Position numbers and translations under genes: made by a program. Below are positions 12,801 to 22,061 of a stretch of 64,000 nucleotides of DNA, piece after piece. A model generated the notes under the pieces. That model ran no database searches. It had not been told where the DNA came from and worked only from the letters and a program-made list of their open reading frames with translations. This DNA comes from Strigamia acuminata (taxonomy: Eukaryota). The stretch spans positions 30,442,001 to 30,506,000 of the forward strand of contig OX442314.1 in assembly GCA_949358305.1 (NCBI GenBank), given 5' to 3'. Every line of letters starts with the position of its first letter. Position 1 is the stretch's first letter.

Positions 12801-15800
12801 CAATCAATTGACATGAGACTAAAAAATAAAGATGTAAGTAAAATACACTTTTATTTAAATATATGTAGACTGAACTAAATTGTTAAGTTCTAACATAAAT
12901 ACTCCAGACTTGTCTCAACTGGACACAAACACACATGTTTATTCATTCGGCTAAAACTCATACATTCTGGAATTCACACAATATCACCATGGTAATCCTT
13001 GAAACAATTAGTAACAATTCATGTGTCTCGTGGCATTATTGAATGCTTAATTGGAAATACATAGCAAATACAACATACCTCCCCTAGTTCCAATTACAAT
13101 TCAATCCAAGAAACGACCGAGTCACAATATTATCTCTCAAAACTTAATTCGATTAATTTTCAAACAAATATAATTTACCAACTAAAACAGGTCGCAATTT
13201 CCCTCGCGACTTTTACACAAATCAATTTAAAACTTGTATTTCACAATAAACTCTTTAAATTTTAATCCCACTTTTCTTTTTTCTTTCTCCACTTTATTCT
13301 TTCTCCCTACTTTGCATCATCCTTCTAAATGACGCTTCCGCACCCGTATCATCAACTTCTGGACTCTGTTCTGGTTCTGGAGAAATTGGCGTCGTTATCG
13401 TCATGTCAGCCACCCTCAATCCTCGTTTTGCGGTACGCTTGCTCAGCGACTGTTGTTTGTAGGTGACCGGGATCAGATCTTCTTCGCCGCCATTCTCCTC
13501 CCCCGATGAAGAGTCTCTGTAATTAGGGGCAAGATTACGAGTCGCCCTAGTAGTACGTGTCGTCACAGGTGTTGTCTGATCCAATGCTTGTAGGATGTTC
13601 CCAACAAACTGCAGCCTTGGTAAATCCGGTCGTGCCCCACTCGTTCCAGCCACTGGTGTAGGCCGCGAACCTCCCGCATTCTCTTCCTGCGCACGAGGGG
13701 CCACTTCCGGCGCCGGTGTCAGTACGTGAGCCGGCAACACTGCCCTAAAAGGTGGTGTCAGTATCACAGGTGCCCCCGCCACAGGTGCCGCCTCCACTGC
13801 TGGCACAGGCTGTAAAACTGGAGGTAAAATTGGGGGCTGCACTGGAGGCACTGGCAACACAATTCCCGGGAGCACTGGTATCAGTTTCGGTTTAGCTGGT
13901 GCACCCAATGTGTACGCTCTCGCATCAGTTGTAACCATCTCGGGCTCCACTTGCTTGTGTTCACTGGGTAGAGGCAACGGCTCGCCTATCAATTCTCCTG
14001 TGACGATCTCATCCCTGCGTAATAGATGATTAACATGTCTCGTTACCACTTTCCCGGCGGTGACGTCTCGTAAAGTGTACAACAAACTGCCCTTTTTCTG
14101 CATAACTACCGCTGGTAACCAAGGTGGTTTGGTATCTGGGAATGACTTATACCACACTCGATCATTCGGTCTAAACACTCTGCAAAGAGAATCGCGCTCG
14201 CCACCGGTCACCAATGCACGGGGTCTGACAAGATCTAAGTAAGTAAATAGCTGCCTGCCGAGAAAGCTCATTGCGGGTGATTCATTGTCGCGACCCTTGA
14301 AAGCAGTGTGCTGAAAAAGCATTAATCGCAGCAGCCTCATCTCCAAATCCCCTTTTGTGAATTTCATCAGCCTCTCCTTGACCCAACGCACGGCCCTCTC
14401 AGCTAACCCATTACTTTGTGCGTGCCAGGGAGGCGAAAACATATGTTCAATCCCGTTTCTTGATGTAAACTCGGCAAATTCTGCCGATTTAAATTGGGTT
14501 CCGTTGTCGCTTACTAGCAGGTGGGGAATACCAAACGTGCTGAAAATATGTCTTAGCGCGTGGATGGTGGTGGCAGAAGTGGCCTTCCGCAGGGCCCTGG
14601 CTTCAATCCATCCGGAATGGGCATCGACTAGCACCAAAACCATGAAGTTCTGTATAGGGCCTGCGAAGTCAATGTGTACTCTAACCCATGGTTCCTCGGC
14701 ACGAGGCCAAGAAACCGGAGGTGCATGGGGTGGGAGGGACCTGTTCTGCGCGCATAAATTACATTTTTGGACAAAATCCACAATCCGGGCCGTGATTCCA
14801 GGCCACCACACCACACTCCGGGCTCGTTTCTTCATTGAAACGATCCCGGGGTGGCCCTCATGCAGTAATTTTAACATGCGATCTTGCAACCCCCCGGGAA
14901 TCACGACTCGATCGCCCCACAGCAGGACCCCCGCCGTCAAACTTAACTCATCAAACTTTATCAAATAGTCTTTCAGCACAGGGACCCCAACAAGCAGGCG
15001 CCCAGAGCCGGAAAGAACCGCAGCCACCACCACCTTAAGTACGGCGTCCGTTGCCGTGGCCGCTGCCACATCCTTTGCGGTCAGCAAGTTCTCTTTGGCC
15101 AACTCAATCAAGAATGTCGGCCACTCTTCCTCGTCTCTCGGTACATCACCTATCGGAAAACGACTCAAAACATCCGCGTTAGTATTAAACTCTCCCTTCC
15201 TATAGCGGAGCTCGTAGTCGTATGCGGACAAAATTAGAGCCCACCGGAGCATCCTGGGGCTGACCACAACTGGAATTGGTCGGTCGGATCCCAGGATGCC
15301 CAAGAGTGGCTTGTGATCTGTGTAAATCACGAAATGACGTCCAAGGAGGTAAATATGAAACTTTTTGATTGCGAAAATTATCGCCAACCCCTCCTTGTCA
15401 ATATGGGCGTAGTTTAATTCCGCCCGGCTAAGGGAGCGAGAGGCATAAGCCACTGGGAACTCCCTATCCGTGTCATCCGAGTGGGCCAGTACTGCGCCAA
15501 CTCCGTAAGGAGAAGCGTCCGTTGCAACCACCAACGGGCGATGCAAGTCGTAATAAGTCAGCACTGGCGCCGCCGTCAACGCTCGCTTGATGCACTCGAA
15601 AGCGCGCTGGTGGCGGTCAGTCCATGTCCACTCGGTCTGGGCGCATAACAACTCGTAAAGAGGCGCAGCTTTTTCGGCCAATCGCTGTATAAATACTGAG
15701 TAGAACGCAACAATTCCAAGGAAAGTGCGTAGTTGTTTCACGTCAGTTGGTGGCGGGATCGCGGTCACTGCCTCTACTTTTGACACCATTGGTTCAATGC

Positions 15801-18800
15801 CCCTTGAACTGATCTGAAAGCCCAAAAAGGTTAAAGCTTCTTTACAGAACAAACACTTTTCCCTCGCCAACCGTAAACCCTTATTGGATAAGCGAGCGAA
15901 AATAAGACCCAACACCTCAAAATGCTCTTGTAAAGTCCAGGTAGCCACCAGAATATCGTCCAAATAGACGAATATTCTGGGGACCCCATCCAACACGGTG
16001 ATGATGATCCGCTGGAAAACTCCAGCGGACGGCATCGTCCCAAACGGTAACCGCGTCACGGCCATAAGACCTTTCGGCGTATTAACCGCCGCAATGACCG
16101 CCGACCGCTGGGATAATGGGACCTGGAAGTAGGCCTGGCGCAGGTCAAGGGTGCTGAAAATTTTTGCACGACCTATGGATGCCAACAACTCGGCAATCTT
16201 TGGTAGGGGGTAGGGGTCCGGCTGCAAACTGCTGTTCACGGTCGACCTATAGTCGCCGCAAAGCCGAACCCCCCCATCTTTTTTAGCCACAGTGACCAGT
16301 GGGGTCCCCCAAGCTGAAAACGGAATTGGTTGAAAAACCCCCTGGCCCACCAAACGATCTATCTCACGGTCGACTGCCCCCCGGAGCGGCAACGGGATCG
16401 GTCTAGGGCGATAGAATTTAGGGACGGCGTCTTTTTTTAATACCAACTCTATAGGCTCGCCCTTGTATGTGCCTAATTCCTCCCCAAAAACGTGCTCGAA
16501 CTTTGCTAATAATTGGGCCAATAAAACCTCCGTTGACACGGGTGGCACATGAGGCGTTGACGTCTCCACTTGACCCACCGACCGCTGACCGGCGTCTTTA
16601 AATGCACCCGGCCACTGTCCTCCTCCGCTCCGGGCTGCAGTCAAATCTAAACTCGGGCCACCTGAAATCAAAGCAGATGAAATGTTAAACCATCCAAATT
16701 TTTCAACTATGTCTCTGCCTATCAAACTCGGACCGCTCCTATCAACAACCACAAAATCGATTATTTCAGTCATCCCACCGACCGTTGTCGTGAGAGCAAC
16801 TCGTCCCAAGGTCCTAATAGGATGTTTCTGGTAAGCAAAAAGTTTCAACCCGGTCGGTTTAATTTCCCGCCTTAACAATAAGCCTTTTGCCAATAAAATA
16901 TCGCAATCCTTTGCATTCAGCACTGACAGCTCGCTCCCCGTATCCAACCACAAATTAAAATTTAATAAGTTCAAAGTCACGCGCACTATCAGTGGTGGCG
17001 AACGCGACCTCGCAGCTGCCAATTGGAACAATGCAAAGTCCTCATCTTGCTCCTGGATGACATTAATTGGCACATTGCGCTGTTTCCACTTATCCTCTGA
17101 CTCCGCGCCACAATACCCAAGATCAGTGTCCAACGGGAAAGTCGGGGGAAGTGAGGCGGTCAAAACTTGATTATCGCTTTTCTTCCTCCAATCGGCCACC
17201 GGGCGGGTCCCCGCTGCTTGTTGTTGAGTGGTTATGGGTGCCAAAGGTTTGTAGGGACAATCCCTAACAAAGTGCGGACCTCCGCAGCGAAAGCATTGGA
17301 CTGGCCTGCCGTCCCTGGTTACCGGTGGGCCGGCCTGTCCTCTCGCAGATCCTTGACGCCCGCGCCAAGGTCGCTGTGAAGATCCCCTCGTCTGAACGCT
17401 CGGCCCCGCACCTGCAGTACTGGGGAACGCCTGCTGGAAAGCTCTCCCACGTCCCCTCCATCCACCACGTCCTCTCCCAGTAGACACTTGCATTACTGCT
17501 GAAGTCGTGGCGCCTTTATCTACCTCTGTAAGCGGCAAAGGCTCCTCAGTTCCGACCATAGCGACGTGCGCCATTTCGTGTGCCACCGCTCGTTTTGTCG
17601 CCGCATCCACTGTCATCGGCATGTTCAAGAGGATTTCCCTCACCAAAAACGAATTTCCTACGCCTCGGACTAACTGGTCTACGATGGCATTGTCCGATTC
17701 GGTCTTCGTCGCAAAACCACACTTTTCGGACATGATCCTCAACGTGGCGATGTATTTTTCCACGGTTTCCCCTTCTAATCGCTTCCTTGCTCCAAATTTT
17801 TGTTTGGCCATATAAGGTGTGTTGATGGAGTCATAAAAAGTGTCCACAACACCCAAAATCTCTGTCAAATCCATTTTAGTCACCTCCTTTGGGTGGGTCC
17901 ATCGTTTAATTTTCTCGTACATGGGGATGCCGATGACTGTTAACAACAATGGCACCTGCTTTGGCGCTAACACATCATTCAAAATTACGAATTGGGCGAA
18001 GGTCTCCCGCCAGCTCTTCCACTCGTTCAGGCTCGACCCTGTAAACGGCGGGATGCTTCCCAACGTCACTTGTGCCATTATTTCTGGCTGATTAGTCCAC
18101 TCACTCAAATAGGCCTCAATACGATTGACGAAAATCGACAACGTCTCTAACTCGATTCGCCCACTGGATCCGAATCTCACGTCGTTAATTCCTTCAAAAA
18201 CCTCGGTAAAATCAAACGTAAACGGCGACGACTCACGGTCGCTCCTCGATCCGCTCAGCTCAACACAAATCGAACCCGACGTGGGCAACACTCTCAGATT
18301 CCCCGTCAAAACGCCATTTCGATGTCGCACGTCGTCAATGCAAACATAAAACGTCTCATTAAAAGGTAAACACGACCAAAACTCACGGTTGCGCCTCTCT
18401 GTTTCGCCACACGCGAAATTCGAAATCGACACGAACGACCTCGCCAAAACACACGCCAACCAGCACAGAAAAATTGTCCACACCAAATCACGTACGCAAT
18501 CGACTTTGGTCTTCATTCAAAACATCGTGGATACCACTGTTAAGTTCTAACATAAATACTCCAGACTTGTCTCAACTGGACACAAACACACATGTTTATT
18601 CATTCGGCTAAAACTCATACATTCTGGAATTCACACAATATCACCATGGTAATCCTTGAAACAATTAGTAACAATTCATGTGTCTCGTGGCATTATTGAA
18701 TGCTTAATTGGAAATACATAGCAAATACAACATAAATACAAATATCCTATTGAATTATTTGAATTAGTTTGTCAGAAAAGACTTTCTTCAAATCATGTTA

Positions 18801-19830
18801 GAAGCTGAAATTCCTAACGATGACAAAACAGATGATCAATCAACTGGCCCTAAAAAAAGTAATGTTTTGATTCAACTCGTACTTCGAGCTCATAATCAAT
18901 TTGAAATTTTTTACAGCACTCAACAGAGATATTATTGTAGCACAAAGTATACTTTTCATATTAGCTGGTCATGAAACGACAGCAAACACATTAAATTTCA
19001 TGGCTTATGAACTCGCCAGAAACCAAGACATTCAAGACAAACTGATAAAAGAAGTGGATGATGTCATGACTGATTCCAAGGTATAACAAATTGTGTTATA
19101 TGGTCAAGTAGTTGACATTAGAAATTTATTTTAGGGCAAACTTTCATACGAAGGAGTAGCATCAATGCGGTATTTGGATATGGTCACCTCTGAAACACTC
19201 AGAAAATATCCTCCAGCTGTTCGGTAAATCGAAAATCAATTTACTAATTCTGAAAATTAATTTAGAGAACTAATTTCTGATTTTTTTTTTAGTCTTGACC
19301 GAGTGTGTTCTGAAGAGAGTTATAAGTTGAATGGAATTACTATAAAAAAAGGAATGGCAATATCAGTCCCAGTTTACGCCATGCATTATAATCCAGAATT
19401 CTTCCCTAATCCAAGTGTTTTTGATCCTGAAAGGTCAATTTGCTTTAATTTGAAACAAATTACGAAGGTTATAAATATAAATAAAAAACATTTAAACAGA
19501 TTTTCGCCAGAAATGAAGGCCCAACGACATCCATTCGCGTATCTTCCATTCGGTGAGGGTCCGAGGAATTGCATTGCAAAGAGATTTGCATTATTGGAAG
19601 CTAAACTCGTCATGGTGCATATGCTGTATAATTACCGCTTTCAAACTTGTGAAGAAACGGAGGTAAATACTAATTATTAATAATTAAACTGACTTCTAAA
19701 AAATATTTGTATTCAAATGTAGTATCCCATGAAGATGAACAAAGGGACTGGTTTGCTGCAACCATCATCGGTCAAACTTGTTTTGCAAAAGAGAGTGGAC
19801 CAACCACATTTTGAAGCAACTGAAGAGTAA
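9826..19830 (+). CDS. Cytochrome P450, CYP3 clan, copy 3 (intron 7 carries the Gypsy element)
   Basis: First exon MDADIIFTY 9826-9917; all 13 exons and P450 motifs present; stop TAA 19828-19830. Confidence 0.9.
10000..10549 (+). mobile_element. pogo/Tigger-like internally deleted DNA transposon in intron 1 of copy 3
   Basis: TIR cagtcaaaactctttataacgaat / attcgttataaagagtttcaactg with TA TSD; empty site in copy 4 (~22248). Internal remnant IQDKLNIINAIDNGKTPSIVADEFNLSGSTI resembles a psq/CENP-B HTH. Confidence 0.82.
11551..11992 (-). mobile_element. Retroposon-like insertion (probable LINE/SINE 3' fragment) in intron 3 of copy 3
   Basis: ~440 bp flanked by duplicated tcaaaa(a)gat; absent from copy 6 intron 3; same insertion present in copy 4. 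Class and strand are inferred. Confidence 0.55.
12881..18732 (-). mobile_element. Full-length Gypsy/Ty3 LTR retrotransposon (Mag-like)
   Basis: 195-bp TG...CA LTRs at 12881-13075 and 18538-18732, identical by eye; 5-bp TSD taaat; PBS tggtatcc next to the 5' LTR; PPT aggggaggta next to the 3' LTR; empty site in copy 4 (~25765). Confidence 0.97.
13294..18516 (-). CDS. Gag-Pol polyprotein (1740 aa, uninterrupted)
   Basis: Zn knuckle CFRCGGPHFVRDC, protease LDTGS, RT LCGDYR/YLDD, RNase H TDASPYG, integrase HEGH..C..C plus IDF/SDNG/AER. Confidence 0.96.
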   Translation of the reverse strand: MKTKVDCVRDLVWTIFLCWLACVLARSFVSISNFACGETERRNREFWSCLPFNETFYVCIDDVRHRNGVLTGNLRVLPTSGSICVELSGSRSDRESSPFTFDFTEVFEGINDVRFGSSGRIELETLSIFVNRIEAYLSEWTNQPEIMAQVTLGSIPPFTGSSLNEWKSWRETFAQFVILNDVLAPKQVPLLLTVIGIPMYEKIKRWTHPKEVTKMDLTEILGVVDTFYDSINTPYMAKQKFGARKRLEGETVEKYIATLRIMSEKCGFATKTESDNAIVDQLVRGVGNSFLVREILLNMPMTVDAATKRAVAHEMAHVAMVGTEEPLPLTEVDKGATTSAVMQVSTGRGRGGWRGRGRAFQQAFPSTAGAGPSVQTRGSSQRPWRGRQGSARGQAGPPVTRDGRPVQCFRCGGPHFVRDCPYKPLAPITTQQQAAGTRPVADWRKKSDNQVLTASLPPTFPLDTDLGYCGAESEDKWKQRNVPINVIQEQDEDFALFQLAAARSRSPPLIVRVTLNLLNFNLWLDTGSELSVLNAKDCDILLAKGLLLRREIKPTGLKLFAYQKHPIRTLGRVALTTTVGGMTEIIDFVVVDRSGPSLIGRDIVEKFGWFNISSALISGGPSLDLTAARSGGGQWPGAFKDAGQRSVGQVETSTPHVPPVSTEVLLAQLLAKFEHVFGEELGTYKGEPIELVLKKDAVPKFYRPRPIPLPLRGAVDREIDRLVGQGVFQPIPFSAWGTPLVTVAKKDGGVRLCGDYRSTVNSSLQPDPYPLPKIAELLASIGRAKIFSTLDLRQAYFQVPLSQRSAVIAAVNTPKGLMAVTRLPFGTMPSAGVFQRIIITVLDGVPRIFVYLDDILVATWTLQEHFEVLGLIFARLSNKGLRLAREKCLFCKEALTFLGFQISSRGIEPMVSKVEAVTAIPPPTDVKQLRTFLGIVAFYSVFIQRLAEKAAPLYELLCAQTEWTWTDRHQRAFECIKRALTAAPVLTYYDLHRPLVVATDASPYGVGAVLAHSDDTDREFPVAYASRSLSRAELNYAHIDKEGLAIIFAIKKFHIYLLGRHFVIYTDHKPLLGILGSDRPIPVVVSPRMLRWALILSAYDYELRYRKGEFNTNADVLSRFPIGDVPRDEEEWPTFLIELAKENLLTAKDVAAATATDAVLKVVVAAVLSGSGRLLVGVPVLKDYLIKFDELSLTAGVLLWGDRVVIPGGLQDRMLKLLHEGHPGIVSMKKRARSVVWWPGITARIVDFVQKCNLCAQNRSLPPHAPPVSWPRAEEPWVRVHIDFAGPIQNFMVLVLVDAHSGWIEARALRKATSATTIHALRHIFSTFGIPHLLVSDNGTQFKSAEFAEFTSRNGIEHMFSPPWHAQSNGLAERAVRWVKERLMKFTKGDLEMRLLRLMLFQHTAFKGRDNESPAMSFLGRQLFTYLDLVRPRALVTGGERDSLCRVFRPNDRVWYKSFPDTKPPWLPAVVMQKKGSLLYTLRDVTAGKVVTRHVNHLLRRDEIVTGELIGEPLPLPSEHKQVEPEMVTTDARAYTLGAPAKPKLIPVLPGIVLPVPPVQPPILPPVLQPVPAVEAAPVAGAPVILTPPFRAVLPAHVLTPAPEVAPRAQEENAGGSRPTPVAGTSGARPDLPRLQFVGNILQALDQTTPVTTRTTRATRNLAPNYRDSSSGEENGGEEDLIPVTYKQQSLSKRTAKRGLRVADMTITTPISPEPEQSPEVDDTGAEASFRRMMQSREKE

Positions 19831-19984
19831 ATAAATATATAACTGCAGATTTTTTTTAAATTGATTATTATATTTTATTGATTAAGAAATTCTTAATATT
19901 TAATTTTGGATTTGGATTTGGATTTGGATTTACCAATAAGAGTGCACAAATTAACAAAGATTACACGATTTAAGGTAAATTATA

Positions 19985-21720
19985 CAACCCCTGGCAAAAA
20001 GTTTGGAATCATGACCACCTTGAACTGAAAATGCAACAATTAAGTGCTGTAGTGCAATAATGAGTAAACTTTGTTGAAAAACAAATAAATTAGCTTGAAA
20101 GAGCATTGTTTTATCTACGTTTTCACTTTAAAAAAACCAGTAGAACTTCAACCAGTGATGAATTAAAAAATCATTACAAAATCAACACAGGGAAATAAGT
20201 TTCGAATCATACAAATCTGAGGAAAAAAGTTTGGAATCAAACAAAAAAGTGCTGTTTAGGTTAATTTAAAATTTTTAAAATCATTCCAATTCAATGAATT
20301 ACTCATCTAAATGTCACATGTGTCTAGCCACATGTCCAACTCACATGATTAGGATTTAAAAATGGCTCCTACGAAGTTAATGTCTACTGGTCGCAAAGAC
20401 AAAATTATCTAGGCATATAAAGAAGGGAAAACTCAAAAAGATGTTGCAGTCGTGTTCAGTATTATCCAATCTGCTGTATCCAACGTTTGGACAAAATATC
20501 AAGAGACAGGAAGTGTTAAAAATCGCCCATAAACTGGCAGACCAAGGAAAACTTCAAAACGACGCGATAGGACATTGCGGAAAATTATAAAAAAAAATGT
20601 GGAAGAACACATCAAATGAGATGAATCAAGAGTGGAGAAAAGCCACTGTCAAAGTGTGCGACAGCACAGTCAAAAATCGACTCAATGAAATGGGTTTTAA
20701 ATCCAGAAAAACTAAATCAAAACCATTTCTAATCAAAAAGCACAGGCAAGCAAGATTAAAATGGACAAAACAACGTAAGCACTGGATTTCTCATGACTGG
20801 AGTAAAGTTATATTCAGTGATGAGTCCAAAATTTGCCTTGAATGTGGAGATGACAATGGAGCATTTGTCTGGAGGCGCATTGATGAGAAGTTCAACAGTG
20901 ATTGCCTCAAATCATCTATTAAATTCCTCAATCTTTGATGGTTCGAAGCTGCATATCTTCAGAAGGCACTGAACATTTGTGTATGATAATTGAGACAGTC
21001 AATGCAGCTATATACATAGGTATTTTGTACTATTTTTACTGCCAACAATCGAGGATCACTTTGGGGGATGAAAAGGTAACTTATTATCAGGACAACAATG
21101 CTCCCTGACACAGAGTCAAGGATGTGAAACAATACCTTCAAGAAAAATAATGCAATTGACACATGTGACTTATAGATGAGTCATTAATTAAATTGGAATG
21201 ATTTAAAAAATTTTAAATGAACCTATTCAGCACTTTTTTTGTTTGATTCCAAACTTTTTTCCTCAGATTTGTATGATTCCAAACTTATTTCCCTGTGTTG
21301 ATTTTGTAATGATTTTTTATTTCATCACTGGTTGAAGTTCTACTGGTTTTTTTAAAGTGAAAACGTAGATAAAACAATGCTCTTTCAAGCTAATTTATTT
21401 GTTTTTCAACAAAGTTTACTCATTATTGCGCTAGAGCACTTAATTGTTGCATTCAGTGGCGGATCTAGCACCGGGCTATTGGGGCTTGAGCCTCGGGCCC
21501 CCAAATTCTAGGGGGCCCCCGAGACTCTCGGCCATGTATTAAAAAAAAAAAAAAAAAAAAAGTCGCTAAAAAAAAGAAAAAAGAAGAAAGGTCGCGAAAA
21601 AATTTTGAGAAAGGGGCCTCGAAAAAACCTCAAGCCTTGGGCCCCCGAAAAGCTAGATCCGCCCCTGGTTGCATTTTCAGTTCAAGGTGGTCATGATTCC
21701 AAATTTTTTGCCAGGGGTTG
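19985..21720 (+). mobile_element. Decayed Tc1-family transposon with IR/DR-type long TIRs
   Basis: TIRs caacccctggcaaaaa / ttttttgccaggggttg with internal direct repeats aagtttggaatca. Transposase remnant ARLKW..WSKVIFSDESK (20597-20938) with stops and frameshifts. TATA flanks. Confidence 0.93.
21454..21667. mobile_element. hAT-type MITE nested in the right TIR of the Tc1 element
   Basis: TIR cagtggcggatctag / ctagatccgcccctg; perfect 8-bp TSD gttgcatt. Confidence 0.9.
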
Positions 21721-22061
21721 TATAATGAAATGTTTTCATTTCTATCTCTGTTTCAAATAAAAATCATTTTTTGCAATAATTAATTTGGTTGAATGTAGAG
21801 AAATTGCTCGAGTTCAAATATACATTTTTTTTCACTTTGTCGACAATCATTTTTTTTTTATTTACCGTATTTAATAAACTATGATCAAATGTATGTACAA
21901 ACTGTGGTTGAAATCATGATAAAGTTAATGAATTAATTGTCACTAGATGCCACTAGTGAGGCCACTTCCTCTTCAATATTTCAACCACTTTCCAAACTGA
22001 CAACACAACTTTTTCTAAGAGAACAAGGTCAACGTAAACTCGAGCTTTTATAGGAACAAAA

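Noticed and set aside
14060..18491. Overlapping small ORFs inside the Gypsy element
   Set aside because: Expected in GC-richer coding DNA; no recognisable motifs and no env-like ORF.
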